A stretch of 43,471 nt of DNA from a virus. Under the pieces are notes generated by a model that ran no database searches, was not told the origin of the DNA, and saw only the letters and a list, made by a program, of their open reading frames with translations. The stretch's first letter is position 1. The number at the start of each line of letters is the position of its first letter. Shown in pieces: positions 32,595 to 41,679 of the stretch. A program made the translations under genes and the position numbers. The stretch lies in the IMG/VR virus record IMGVR_UViG_3300048916_000050, positions 1 to 43,471 of that record. One strand, 5' to 3'.

Positions 32595-33206
32595 ATGACA
32601 AAGGCGGCACAGTGGTATGCTTTGAGGCTCAAGCCAGGAGCGGCGCGTCCCTACCGGCACGATGAGCGCATGACCAACATCGAATGGTCCCTGCAGCGGG
32701 AAGGCATGGAATGCTACATGCCGATGGAACTGACGATGAAGATCCATCATCGCACAAAGAAGCCGATCGACAAGCGGTTTCCGCTCATCCCTGGCTATGC
32801 GTTCATGCAGGCCATACCCGACGAGCAGAACTGGAAGAAGGTGTCAGCCTGCGATTTCGTCGCATCCGTCATCGGTGTGGGGCTCACCCCGATCCCGCTT
32901 CCCACGGCTCAGGTCGAGCTTATACAAATGGCCGAGACGAGTCTTCGCGAGCTGTACGAATACCAGAAGGCCGTCAGAGCCTACGAGGAAGAGCAGAGAC
33001 TGCGTAAGGTGACGCGGCGTGTTGCCTCCGAGCAATACCCGGCAGGAGGCGTCGTCACCATCAGCAGGCAGCATCGCCTGTTCGCCGGCCGCCGCGCCAC
33101 CATCGTTGCAGCAACTGGCCGGAATACCATTAAGGCTGTCATCGAAACGCTCAACGGGCTGGCAAATGCCGAAATACCCCTTGCTATGGTCGAAAGGGTA
33201 GCATGA
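32595..33206 (+). CDS. NusG/RfaH-like transcription antitermination factor paralog
   Basis: NGN pattern 'WYALRLKPG...ECYMPM...FPLIPGYAFMQ' and KOW-like 'GGVVTISRQHRLFAGRRATIV'. Last gene before the late region. Confidence 0.7.
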   Translation: MTKAAQWYALRLKPGAARPYRHDERMTNIEWSLQREGMECYMPMELTMKIHHRTKKPIDKRFPLIPGYAFMQAIPDEQNWKKVSACDFVASVIGVGLTPIPLPTAQVELIQMAETSLRELYEYQKAVRAYEEEQRLRKVTRRVASEQYPAGGVVTISRQHRLFAGRRATIVAATGRNTIKAVIETLNGLANAEIPLAMVERVA

Positions 33207-33316
33207 TGGTTGATGTGCTGAACTGGTTCGCTGCTGACTTCGACAGGTTTCTCGGGCTACTTATCGTCATCATGGCTACCGGGTATGCGATCGGCTTCGC
33301 AAGAGGCAACGAATGA
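33203..33316 (+). CDS. possible 37-aa TM peptide
   Basis: MMVDVLNWFAADFDRFLGLLIVIMATGYAIGFARGNE*. ATGA overlap with the NusG-like gene. Confidence 0.25.
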   Translation: MMVDVLNWFAADFDRFLGLLIVIMATGYAIGFARGNE

Positions 33317-33340
33317 CCGGTTGATATAGCATTGTAACTA

Positions 33341-33369
33341 TTGACGATTAACTTGGAATTGGTTAATGG
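33341..33369 (+). promoter_or_regulatory. candidate promoter upstream of the tRNA and late genes
   Basis: TTGACG (33341-33346), 17 nt, TAATGG (33364-33369). Confidence 0.3.
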
Positions 33370-33466
33370 TTACAGAGTGATTTGCGAGACGGTTCTGTTG
33401 CGGATTCGCCGCGTCTCTGCTGGTGTTCACGACCAGCGTTAGGTGAACTGTCTCCAAATTTCTCAA

Positions 33467-33542
33467 TGGAATGTAGCTCAGTAGGTAGAGCGCGGAGCTG
33501 TTAACTCCGTTGTCGCAGGTTCGATCCCCGCCATTCCAGCCA
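33467..33542 (+). tRNA. tRNA-Asn (anticodon GTT)
   Basis: Folded by hand into a 76-nt cloverleaf. Acceptor TGGAATG/CATTCCA. D arm GCTC-AGTAGGTA-GAGC. Anticodon arm CGGAG-CTGTTAA-CTCCG. Variable loop TTGTC. T arm GCAGG-TTCGATC-CCCGC with one A-C mismatch. Discriminator G, encoded CCA. Confidence 0.85.
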
Positions 33543-33603
33543 TTCTCCCTTCACGGAGTCCTCCCATGCAAAACACAGACAGATCAACTCAAGGAGAGTG
33601 CTG

Positions 33604-33975
33604 ATGCGCACGATCAATGACCACAAGGTGAATCCTGCTAATGACCGCATCCTTATTGAGGTCACCGACGAACCCGGCGCTGGTGGCGCGAACCACGAGT
33701 ACCGTGTGACGCTGCCTCCGAATGCGTCGATCGCGTCGAAGTCGTGGGAGATCAGCTTCCAGAACGGCCCCATCAATGAAAACGGTGTCAACGGGCTGAC
33801 GCAGGAAGTCTTACTTGCCATCGTGGCTGATCGACTCCGTTCTTTCCAGGCCGGCCAGTTCTCGTGCCGTGAAAACGCGCTCGCCCTCACCAAGATCGAG
33901 GAAGCCCAGCACTGGCTGCACTCCCGCACGCTAGCCCGCATGCAGCGCGGCGTCGAAGGCACCCATCAGAAATGA
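33604..33975 (+). CDS. conserved phage protein of unknown function
   Basis: 'FQNGPINENGVNGLTQEVLLAIVADRLRSFQAG.F.CRENA.AL..IEEA.HWL..RT..R..RGVEGT' is a motif I recognise from many phages without a known role. AGGAG lies 7 nt before ATG 33604. Confidence 0.6.
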   Translation: MRTINDHKVNPANDRILIEVTDEPGAGGANHEYRVTLPPNASIASKSWEISFQNGPINENGVNGLTQEVLLAIVADRLRSFQAGQFSCRENALALTKIEEAQHWLHSRTLARMQRGVEGTHQK

Positions 33976-34115
33976 CTGCGCGTCGTGACCCGACAGACAG
34001 ATCAGTAGCAGCAACCATCGTTGCTCTTGTCGTCATTGCAGCGGTGTATCTCCTTCTGCCGGGGTGCGCGACACGGTATCAACCTCCTGGCGAGAATATC
34101 TGGCGCGCCCTATGA
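33972..34115 (+). CDS. possible small lipoprotein (47 aa)
   Basis: MTARRDPTDRSVAATIVALVVIAAVYLLLPGC|ATRY...: signal-like helix plus the lipobox-like LLPGC. ATGA overlap upstream. Confidence 0.35.
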   Translation: MTARRDPTDRSVAATIVALVVIAAVYLLLPGCATRYQPPGENIWRAL

Positions 34116-34201
34116 ACCGCCTCATCATATGGTCAGCTATCGTCATAGCGGCCCTGCTGATCTCCTCGCCCTTCTGGGCTCTCGCTTTCTGGTGGGATTG
34201 A
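34112..34201 (+). CDS. possible 29-aa TM peptide
   Basis: MNRLIIWSAIVIAALLISSPFWALAFWWD*. ATGA overlap. Confidence 0.3.
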   Translation: MNRLIIWSAIVIAALLISSPFWALAFWWD

Positions 34202-34204
34202 GAC

Positions 34205-34348
34205 ATGAACATCCTGCTCATTGTCATCCTCATCCTCCTTCTCGGCGGCGCATTCCACTATTCACCGACGTTTGGCCCATGGCCTGCAGGTGGGTTGGGG
34301 ATTGTGCTGCTGGTGATCCTGATTTTGGTGGTTACGGGCAGGATCTAG
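34205..34348 (+). CDS. DUF3309-like small membrane protein (47 aa)
   Basis: MNILLIVILILLLGGAFHYSP..GGLGIVLLVILILVVTGRI resembles the DUF3309 two-helix pattern. Confidence 0.45.
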   Translation: MNILLIVILILLLGGAFHYSPTFGPWPAGGLGIVLLVILILVVTGRI

Positions 34349-34477
34349 GCCGGAATGCAACCTTCTAGGTTGTGGTGAATGGCCAAAAATGGCACCCCTC
34401 CACCGGGCCAGTACCAACCATAGATAGAAACAGGGCTATTTTAGCCGTTTACAGCCTCTCAGACAGGCGGATTTGCA

Positions 34478-34918
34478 ATGCCAGCAGGACGGCCATCAAG
34501 TTACAGCAACGAATTCGCCAAGCAGGCTGAGAAGCTTTCTGCGCTCGGTGCGACCGATATGGAAATGGCTGACTTCTTCGAGGTTGATGTCAGGACCATC
34601 TATCGTTGGAAGCATGATCACGAGGAATTTTGTCAGGCCCTAAACGTGGGCAAGACCAAAGCAGACGAGCGCGTCATCAACAGCTTGTATCAGCGCGCGG
34701 TAGGATACGAGCAAGAGGCAGTCAAGATATTCATGCCGGCCTCAGCGGCTGAGCCTGTTTATGCTCCATACCGGGAGAAGGTAGCACCCGACACTACAGC
34801 AGCAATCTTCTGGCTGAAGAACCGCCAGCCTGACAAATGGCGTGACAAGCAGGACGTCGAACATTCCGGCGAAGTCGCCCTAACGCCAACGATCAATTTC
34901 AATGGCAACAAAGGCTGA
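34478..34918 (+). CDS. terminase small subunit
   Basis: 'GRPSSYSNEFAKQAEKL...DVRTIYRWKHDHEEF..A......R...SLYQRAVGY' typical terS pattern. Directly upstream of terL. Confidence 0.85.
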   Translation: MPAGRPSSYSNEFAKQAEKLSALGATDMEMADFFEVDVRTIYRWKHDHEEFCQALNVGKTKADERVINSLYQRAVGYEQEAVKIFMPASAAEPVYAPYREKVAPDTTAAIFWLKNRQPDKWRDKQDVEHSGEVALTPTINFNGNKG

Positions 34919-36404
34919 CGCCGAACTCGATATCAACCTGCATGCAAAACAGCAGGTAGCGTTCGATAGCGAAGCAACGGAGATCCTGTACGGCGGCGCA
35001 GCAGGTGGTGGCAAGAGCCACCTCATGCGCATGGCGGCTATTACGTGGTGCACGGCAATACCAGGCCTGCAGGTGTATCTGTTCCGGCGTATCCGTGACG
35101 ATCTGGTGAAGAACCACATGGAAGGCCCGAGCGGCTTTCGCGAGTTCCTGGCCGGTTGGGTCGAGTGCAAGTTCTGCACCATCGTCGAGGACGAGATCCG
35201 CTTCTGGAATGGCAGCAAGATCTATCTCTGCCACTGCAAGGATGAGAAGGACCGCTTCAAGTACCAGGGCGCCGAAATCCACGTGCTGCTGATCGATGAG
35301 CTGACGCACTTCACGGACAAGATCTATCGCTTCCTGCGCAACCGCGTCCGAATGGTCGGCATCACGTTGCCTCGTGAGTATGAGGGCCGCTTCCCGCGCA
35401 TCATCTGCGGTGCCAACCCCGGCGGCGTAGGCCACCAGTTCGTTAAGATGACGTTCATTGACGGTGTTGAGCCCCTGAAGGTCATTAGGGCCGCTAATTC
35501 AGAAGGCGGCATGCTGCGGCAATACATACCGGCCAAGCTCGAAGATAATCCGAGCATGTCGGATAATGACCCTGGCTACGAATTCCGGTTGGCAGGCCTT
35601 GGTAGCGATAGCCTTGTCCGCGCAATGCGGCATGGCGATTGGAATATTGTTGAGGGGGCTTTCTTCGATCTCTTCGACCCGCAACGCCATGTCGTAAGAC
35701 CATTCGAAATTCCGGACCATTGGCTTCTGTTCAGGGCTGGTGACTGGGGATCAGCAAAGCCATTCGCATTCGGTTGGTATGCTGTCGCCTCTGACGATTT
35801 CATGTCGCCGCATGGCACGTTTATCCCGCGTGGTGCCTTGGTCAAGTATCGTGAATGGTACGGCTGCAAGAAGGACGCGCAAGGTAAGTTCGTTCCAGAC
35901 GTCGGTCTCAAGCTCGACGCAACCGAGGTAGGCAAGGGCATCAAGGCCCGCGATCTGGGAGAGGCCATCTCATACGGAGTTCTCGACCCGGCTGCATTCG
36001 CCTCTGATGGTGGCCCATCGATCGCGGAACGGATCGCCGGGGCAAGCGGCATAATGTTCCGGCCAGCAGACAACAAGCGGGTCTCTGCTCGCGGAGCCAT
36101 GGGTGGCTGGGATCAACTCAGGGGAAGGTTGAAGGGGAACGAGGACGGCCATGCAATGCTGTTCTTCTTCTCCAACTGCATTCATTCGATCAGAACCATT
36201 CCAGCGCTTCAGCATGACGAAGACAAGCCGGAAGACTTGGACACGACGGCTGAAGACCACGCCGCAGACGAAACCCGCTATGCATGCATGTCAAGGCCAT
36301 GGGTGGCCAAGATGCCGGCCAACGATGACTCGCCGATCCCACCCCCCGGCAAGTTCCGCGCCCCACCCGTTCATGAGCCAACTGGCAAACGAATCCGCCT
36401 GTAA
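34902..36404 (+). CDS. terminase large subunit
   Basis: Walker A 'YGGAAGGGKSH', Walker B-like 'VLLIDELTH', and C-terminal nuclease-type acidic residues. 500 aa. Confidence 0.9.
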   Translation: MATKADAELDINLHAKQQVAFDSEATEILYGGAAGGGKSHLMRMAAITWCTAIPGLQVYLFRRIRDDLVKNHMEGPSGFREFLAGWVECKFCTIVEDEIRFWNGSKIYLCHCKDEKDRFKYQGAEIHVLLIDELTHFTDKIYRFLRNRVRMVGITLPREYEGRFPRIICGANPGGVGHQFVKMTFIDGVEPLKVIRAANSEGGMLRQYIPAKLEDNPSMSDNDPGYEFRLAGLGSDSLVRAMRHGDWNIVEGAFFDLFDPQRHVVRPFEIPDHWLLFRAGDWGSAKPFAFGWYAVASDDFMSPHGTFIPRGALVKYREWYGCKKDAQGKFVPDVGLKLDATEVGKGIKARDLGEAISYGVLDPAAFASDGGPSIAERIAGASGIMFRPADNKRVSARGAMGGWDQLRGRLKGNEDGHAMLFFFSNCIHSIRTIPALQHDEDKPEDLDTTAEDHAADETRYACMSRPWVAKMPANDDSPIPPPGKFRAPPVHEPTGKRIRL

Positions 36405-36413
36405 GGATACCTG

Positions 36414-38753
36414 ATGGCTGACAACGAAGCTTACGAGCAAGCGGATTTCGATCCGTCCATCGACAAGGAAAGCTCGAAAGCGTGGCTCAACCTTATCGAG
36501 GACGCGGAGAAGGCGCTTGAGGACTGGCAAGACAAGAGCGACAACATCGACAAGCGTTATGCTGATCTGTCGCGTCTGGCCAATATCACGCGTGATCGTG
36601 AGTTTCAGCTCTTCTGGGCCAATATCCAGGTCCTCGGCCCGTCAGTGTATGCTCGTCCTCCCGCACCTGTCGTGGTGCCGCGCTTCCGTGACCGCAAGCC
36701 GGTAACACGCACAGCCTCGGAGCTTCTGGAGCGTGCCACAGCCGTTTCGTTCGACAAGAACGACATCGACTCCACCATGAAGCTTATCCGTGACGATCTG
36801 GTGCGTCTTGGTCGCGGCTGCGCATGGATTCGTTACGAGGACAAGGAGAAGAAGGGCAAGAAGGCCGAACAGGTCTGCATCGAGCATGTCGATCGCCGTG
36901 ACTGGCTTAGCGCGCCTGCTCGTAAGTGGCAGGAAGTCGATTGGGTAGCAAGACGCGCCTGGATGTCCGCTGACGAGATGGAGAAGCGCTTTGAGGGTGA
37001 TGCATGGAAGAATGCATCCTTCGAGGTTCTCGATCGTGACCGGCAGGACCGCGGCAACCGTGATCCGATCAAGAAAGCTGGCGTCTGGGAAATCTGGAGC
37101 AAGAGCGAAGATCGTGTCGTATGGGTGACCGAGGGTGTCGAGGACGTTCTCGATAGCGACAAGCCGCATCTGGATCTCGAAGGCTTCTTTCCGTGCCCGA
37201 GGCCTGTCTATTCGACCGTACAGCCTGGCTCTCTCGTCCCTGTCCCTGATTACGTCTACTACAAGGACCAGATCGAGGAAATCAACGAACTCACGGCCCG
37301 CATTGCCGATTTGAGTGACGCTGTCCGCCTCAAGGGCTTCTATCAGTCCGGCGGCGAGATCGGCGCCGCTGTTGAAGCAGCCATGAAGGTTTCGGACAAT
37401 AAGGCCATTCTTGTGCCTGTGTCCAATTGGTCAGCATTCGGCACCAATAGCGGTGATCCTATCATCTGGCTTCCGCTGGAGATGATCGCCAATACGATTG
37501 CCGGCCTCGCAGACCTCCGCCGGCAACTGATTGATGATGTTTACCAGATCACCGGCCTGTCGGACATTATGCGCGGGGAATCGGATGCCAATGAGACGCT
37601 CGGCGCGCAGGAGCTGAAGAGCCAGTATGGTTCGGTTCGTATTCGCGACAAGCAGCAGGATCTGGTTCGCATTGCCCGCGACCTCACGCGTATCGATGCT
37701 GAGATCATGTCGGAGAACTTCGACAAGCAGACGCTACTCGATATGTCGCAGATGGACCTGCCGACCGATGCAGAGATCAAGAAGCAGATAAAAGAGCTTG
37801 AGGATCAGGGCAAGAAGATCATTGCCGAGACCGAGAAGAAGGTAAAGCAGGCCGCCAGCAACCCGCAGGTGGCAGCGCAAGCCCAGCAAGACCCGGAAGC
37901 AGCCCAGCAGGCAGCGCAACAGTTGCAGCAGCAGGCGCAAGAGCAGATCCAGGGTATCCAACAGCAAATCCAGAAGATCGGCGAGACTGTGACCATTGAT
38001 CAGGTCATGGAATTGCTGCGAGAGCAGAAAATCCGCCCGTTCGCGCTCGATATCGAGACGGATAGTACGATTGCACCGGACGAGAATGCGCAGAAGCAGC
38101 GCGCAACCGAGTTTGTGACGGCGGTTGGTGGCTTCCTCAATCAGGCGATCACGGCAGTCCAGGCTGTGCCGCAGGTCGCGCCGCTCATGGCTGATACGTT
38201 GAAGTATGTTGCCAGCCAGTTCCGCGCCGGCCGTGAGCTTGACGCATCGATCGACGAATTTGCCGACAACATGAAGCAGATGGCCGCGGCTCCCAAGGCC
38301 AATCCTGAAGCGGACGCGGCCAATGCACAGGCCCAGACAGATCAGGCCCGGTTGCAGATGGAACAGCAGGCCGCTCAGCAGGAAGCCCAGACGCGGGCTC
38401 AGGACGCCCAGCTTAAGCAGCAGACATTCGAGCGTGACAGCCAGATCAAGGCTGCTCTTGCCGACCACGAGGCGCAGTTGAAGCAGCGCGAATCCGATGA
38501 GCGTGTGCGGTCGATCCAGGTCGATGCAGGCCAGAAGACGCAGAAGCACCAGCAGGACATGGAACTAGGCGTTCTCGACATCGAGAAGAAGAAGCTCGAA
38601 CTCGCCAAGCTCGGCGGCCAGATCCAACTGGATGCACAGAAGGCCGATATCACGGCAGAGAGCGCCGATCGTGAGGCAGATCATTCGGAGCAATCGTTTG
38701 AGCAGCAGACGCGCTTGAACGAGCAGAAGGCTCAGCAGGGAGCGGCAGAATGA
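36414..38753 (+). CDS. portal protein with a long Gln/Ala-rich C-terminal coiled-coil extension
   Basis: 779 aa immediately after terL. The C-terminal ~300 aa is a low-complexity helical Q/A/E-rich region. Confidence 0.85.
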   Translation: MADNEAYEQADFDPSIDKESSKAWLNLIEDAEKALEDWQDKSDNIDKRYADLSRLANITRDREFQLFWANIQVLGPSVYARPPAPVVVPRFRDRKPVTRTASELLERATAVSFDKNDIDSTMKLIRDDLVRLGRGCAWIRYEDKEKKGKKAEQVCIEHVDRRDWLSAPARKWQEVDWVARRAWMSADEMEKRFEGDAWKNASFEVLDRDRQDRGNRDPIKKAGVWEIWSKSEDRVVWVTEGVEDVLDSDKPHLDLEGFFPCPRPVYSTVQPGSLVPVPDYVYYKDQIEEINELTARIADLSDAVRLKGFYQSGGEIGAAVEAAMKVSDNKAILVPVSNWSAFGTNSGDPIIWLPLEMIANTIAGLADLRRQLIDDVYQITGLSDIMRGESDANETLGAQELKSQYGSVRIRDKQQDLVRIARDLTRIDAEIMSENFDKQTLLDMSQMDLPTDAEIKKQIKELEDQGKKIIAETEKKVKQAASNPQVAAQAQQDPEAAQQAAQQLQQQAQEQIQGIQQQIQKIGETVTIDQVMELLREQKIRPFALDIETDSTIAPDENAQKQRATEFVTAVGGFLNQAITAVQAVPQVAPLMADTLKYVASQFRAGRELDASIDEFADNMKQMAAAPKANPEADAANAQAQTDQARLQMEQQAAQQEAQTRAQDAQLKQQTFERDSQIKAALADHEAQLKQRESDERVRSIQVDAGQKTQKHQQDMELGVLDIEKKKLELAKLGGQIQLDAQKADITAESADREADHSEQSFEQQTRLNEQKAQQGAAE

Positions 38754-39091
38754 CTCAGCGCCTATGCCGTCAATGCCGTCAGTGGCATATCGTCGATGAG
38801 TGGCCAATAGAATGCTATAGCGTTCCCGCCGGCCGATCGGAAGCATTCCCCGTCCCATATTTCATCAGTGACACGATGGAGCCGACGCTTCACCCGCTCG
38901 ACCAGCGGCACTACACCAGCAAGAGCACATTCGAGCGCATCACGCGTGAAGGCGGGTATGAGACAGTCGGCAATGATCCGGCTCGCCTCCGACCGCCTCC
39001 GAAGCCCAAGGCCGACAAGCAGGCCATCAAAGACTCCGTGCAGAAGGCCATGGCCCGTTTCCGCCGCGGCGAGCGCGTAGCAACTCCGTAA
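38750..39091 (+). CDS. hypothetical head-module protein (113 aa)
   Basis: ATGA-coupled to the portal gene. Confidence 0.55.
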   Translation: MTQRLCRQCRQWHIVDEWPIECYSVPAGRSEAFPVPYFISDTMEPTLHPLDQRHYTSKSTFERITREGGYETVGNDPARLRPPPKPKADKQAIKDSVQKAMARFRRGERVATP

Positions 39092-39110
39092 CCTCTCAGA
39101 CAGGTGATTA

Positions 39111-40277
39111 ATGTCAGAAGAAACCAATGTGCCCCAGGGCGCAGTGATTGACGCGCCGACTCCACATACTCCAGAGCTTGGCACGCAGATCCAGCCACCC
39201 GAAAAGGCTCCAGAGCCGAAAGCCGAAGTCAAGCCCGACAAGCCGGCCAAGGCCGAGGTAGAGCGTTCCTCTGGCGAAGCCGTCAAGCGCGCCATGGAGG
39301 CCCTGAAGGCCAAGGAAGCTGAGAAGGCGAAGACCGAAGTGGCTCCAAAGCCTGTCGAGAAGGTCGAAGCCAAGGCAGAGCCGAAGCCGGCCGATCGTTC
39401 CCGCGCTGAAGATGGCAAGTTCGCCCCCAAGGAATCAGCGGACCCCAAATCCGTTGAACAACGAGCCGTGCAGGAGAAGACGGAAGGCAACCAAACGTCT
39501 GAGGGGCGGAAGCCTCACCATGAAGCTCCTGCACGGTTCAATGAATTCGGCAAGCGCGATTGGGCCAATACGCCCGATACCGTGAAGGAAGAGACATACC
39601 GCGCCTTCAAGGAATTGGAAGAGGGCCACAAGAAGTACAAGGACAGCGCCGACCGCTACGAAAAGGTTCGTGAGTTCGATGACCTGGCCCGCCAGAATGG
39701 GCGCGAGGGCGTCCACGAGAGCCTGAAGCAGATCGTCGATATCGAGAACGCCTTCCAGCGCGATCCGATCGACGGCCTGAAGCGCGTCACGGACCATTTC
39801 GGCATCAACCTGCAGGCGGTGGCCTCCCATATTGTCGGGCAGAACCCCAATCAGCAGGTTGCCGAAGCGCATGCAAAAATTCAGGAGCTTGAAGTCAAGA
39901 TCCAGCATATGGAGTTTGAGCGAAAAGCCCCGGATCTCGTCGCAGAGTTTGCGGCGCAAGAAGGCCATGAACGTTTCGAGGAGCTGACTCCTGTCATAGC
40001 AACCCTCCTCAAAACAGGAACGGCCAAGGATCTCGAAGCAGCTTACGAGCTGGCCGATGTCCTATCCCCCGCTGCCTCAAACGCAGCGAAAACCAGCCAG
40101 CCGCTCATACCGGCAGAAAGTGCACCGGCTCAAACCCAGGCACCGGCTTTAAACCCCGCAGGTTCAAAATCAGTGTCAGGTGCTCCCAGTGGCGGCATAA
40201 GCCCAGCCTCAAAGCAACCTGTCTCAAAATCCAACAACGAGGCCGTGAAGCGCGCAATGGCGAAGCTCGGCGCCTAA
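39111..40277 (+). CDS. scaffolding protein
   Basis: 388 aa, highly charged Lys/Glu/Ala-rich and helical, between the portal and capsid genes. Confidence 0.7.
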   Translation: MSEETNVPQGAVIDAPTPHTPELGTQIQPPEKAPEPKAEVKPDKPAKAEVERSSGEAVKRAMEALKAKEAEKAKTEVAPKPVEKVEAKAEPKPADRSRAEDGKFAPKESADPKSVEQRAVQEKTEGNQTSEGRKPHHEAPARFNEFGKRDWANTPDTVKEETYRAFKELEEGHKKYKDSADRYEKVREFDDLARQNGREGVHESLKQIVDIENAFQRDPIDGLKRVTDHFGINLQAVASHIVGQNPNQQVAEAHAKIQELEVKIQHMEFERKAPDLVAEFAAQEGHERFEELTPVIATLLKTGTAKDLEAAYELADVLSPAASNAAKTSQPLIPAESAPAQTQAPALNPAGSKSVSGAPSGGISPASKQPVSKSNNEAVKRAMAKLGA

Positions 40278-40290
40278 AGGAAACAGGTAA

Positions 40291-41322
40291 ATGGCAATCA
40301 ACCCGGTAGTAAACTACCAGCAGGTTCTGTCTATGGCTCTCGAGGACCGTTCGAACGGTTATCAGGACCTTGTATCGAACGTCATCCCACTGCTGGGCCT
40401 CATGAAGAAGAAGGGCCTGATCAAGGACTATTCCGGCCCTCGCATCCGTGAAACCCTGCAGATCGGGAAACCTACTGGTCAATGGTACAGTGGGTACGAT
40501 TTCCTCGACAATCCTCCGGTCGAACTCATCAACGACGCCTACTGGACGCCGAAGATGCTTGCTGTTCCGATTTCCCTCACCAACGAGGAAATCCTGAACA
40601 ATTCCGGCGAAGCCCAGATCGAGGACGTTGTTACGACCTATATGGACATCGCCGAAACGACGCTCATGGAGACGATCGAAACGGCGCTGTACTCTGACGG
40701 CACGGCCAACAACGGCAAGCAGCTTACCGGCCTGGCCGCAGCTGTCCCGATTGTCACCAACACTGGCGTCTATGGCGGTATCGACCGTGCGACCTACGCT
40801 CTCTGGCGTACATCGTCCTTCGATGCCAACTCGGCGTTCCCGACCATCGGCACGCAGGTTAACTCGACGACCATCCGCCCCATGCTCACGCAGATCTTCA
40901 TGCAGCGCTCTCGCGGCAAGCAGTCTGCCGACATCCTCCTGATGTCGAATGAACACTATGCAGCCTATGACGGCGCTCTTGTCGCCGTACAGCGCATCAC
41001 GGAACGTGGCGGCGCTCCCGGCATGAACGCTCTCGGCTTCAACAACCTCGCCTATGTCGGCGCCGGTCGCGAAGTCGCGGTTGTCATGGGCGGCGGTATC
41101 GGTTCGGCCATCCCGGCCAACACCACGTTCGGCCTGAATTCGGACTCGCTCCGTCTTCGTGTCAACCCGCTGCGCCGCATGGGCTCGAAGCTGTTCTCGG
41201 GTGACGGGCAGATGCCCATAAATCAAGATGCAATTGCGCAATTCATGGGTTTCATGGGGGAATTGACCATGGTTAATCCGCTCTTCAACTGGCGTCTCTA
41301 CGACTCCAACCCGGCCGCGTAA
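40291..41322 (+). CDS. major capsid protein
   Basis: 343 aa directly after the scaffold gene, with a strong SD (AAAGGAAACAGG) and composition typical of HK97-fold coat proteins. Confidence 0.8.
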   Translation: MAINPVVNYQQVLSMALEDRSNGYQDLVSNVIPLLGLMKKKGLIKDYSGPRIRETLQIGKPTGQWYSGYDFLDNPPVELINDAYWTPKMLAVPISLTNEEILNNSGEAQIEDVVTTYMDIAETTLMETIETALYSDGTANNGKQLTGLAAAVPIVTNTGVYGGIDRATYALWRTSSFDANSAFPTIGTQVNSTTIRPMLTQIFMQRSRGKQSADILLMSNEHYAAYDGALVAVQRITERGGAPGMNALGFNNLAYVGAGREVAVVMGGGIGSAIPANTTFGLNSDSLRLRVNPLRRMGSKLFSGDGQMPINQDAIAQFMGFMGELTMVNPLFNWRLYDSNPAA

Positions 41323-41334
41323 GGAGATCCGCAC

Positions 41335-41646
41335 ATGGCTATCACTATCACTCCCTCGCTCGGCGCGCCGATCAGCATCAACGACGGCGCTATCGGTGCA
41401 GCTCTCGGCTACTGGGATACCGGCTCAGGCAAGGTTTCCCCGCAGCTCGGCTCTGTCGTCAATGGCAGCGACGGTCACGTTTATATCCTGGCTCAGGCCT
41501 CGGCGAACGTGGCTTCCAATGCCGTTGTCATCCTCACGGAACCGGCAATGACCTTCGCGACCGGCGCCGGCGCATGGACGGCTCCGACCGTCACCGGCGG
41601 CGTTCTCTCCGGTCAGGTTGCATGGCTGATGAGGACCGCAATCTAA
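41335..41646 (+). CDS. small Gly/Ala-rich head protein (possible decoration/cement protein)
   Basis: 103 aa immediately after the capsid gene and followed by a hairpin. Confidence 0.45.
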   Translation: MAITITPSLGAPISINDGAIGAALGYWDTGSGKVSPQLGSVVNGSDGHVYILAQASANVASNAVVILTEPAMTFATGAGAWTAPTVTGGVLSGQVAWLMRTAI

Positions 41647-41654
41647 GCACTAGG

Positions 41655-41679
41655 CGGGGGTTTCGGCCCCCGTTCTCTC
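41655..41679 (+). terminator. GC hairpin, possible partial terminator after the capsid genes
   Basis: CGGGGG-tttcgg-CCCCCG followed by TTCTCTC. Confidence 0.4.

Noticed and set aside
33501-33962. 153-aa minus-strand ORF
   Set aside because: It overlaps the tRNA-Asn gene and is antisense to the conserved gene 33604..33975.
40105-41334. 409-aa minus-strand ORF
   Set aside because: It is exactly antisense to the major capsid gene and is Arg/Gly/Val-rich, with no SD or family signature. This is the typical shadow ORF of GC-rich coding sequence.
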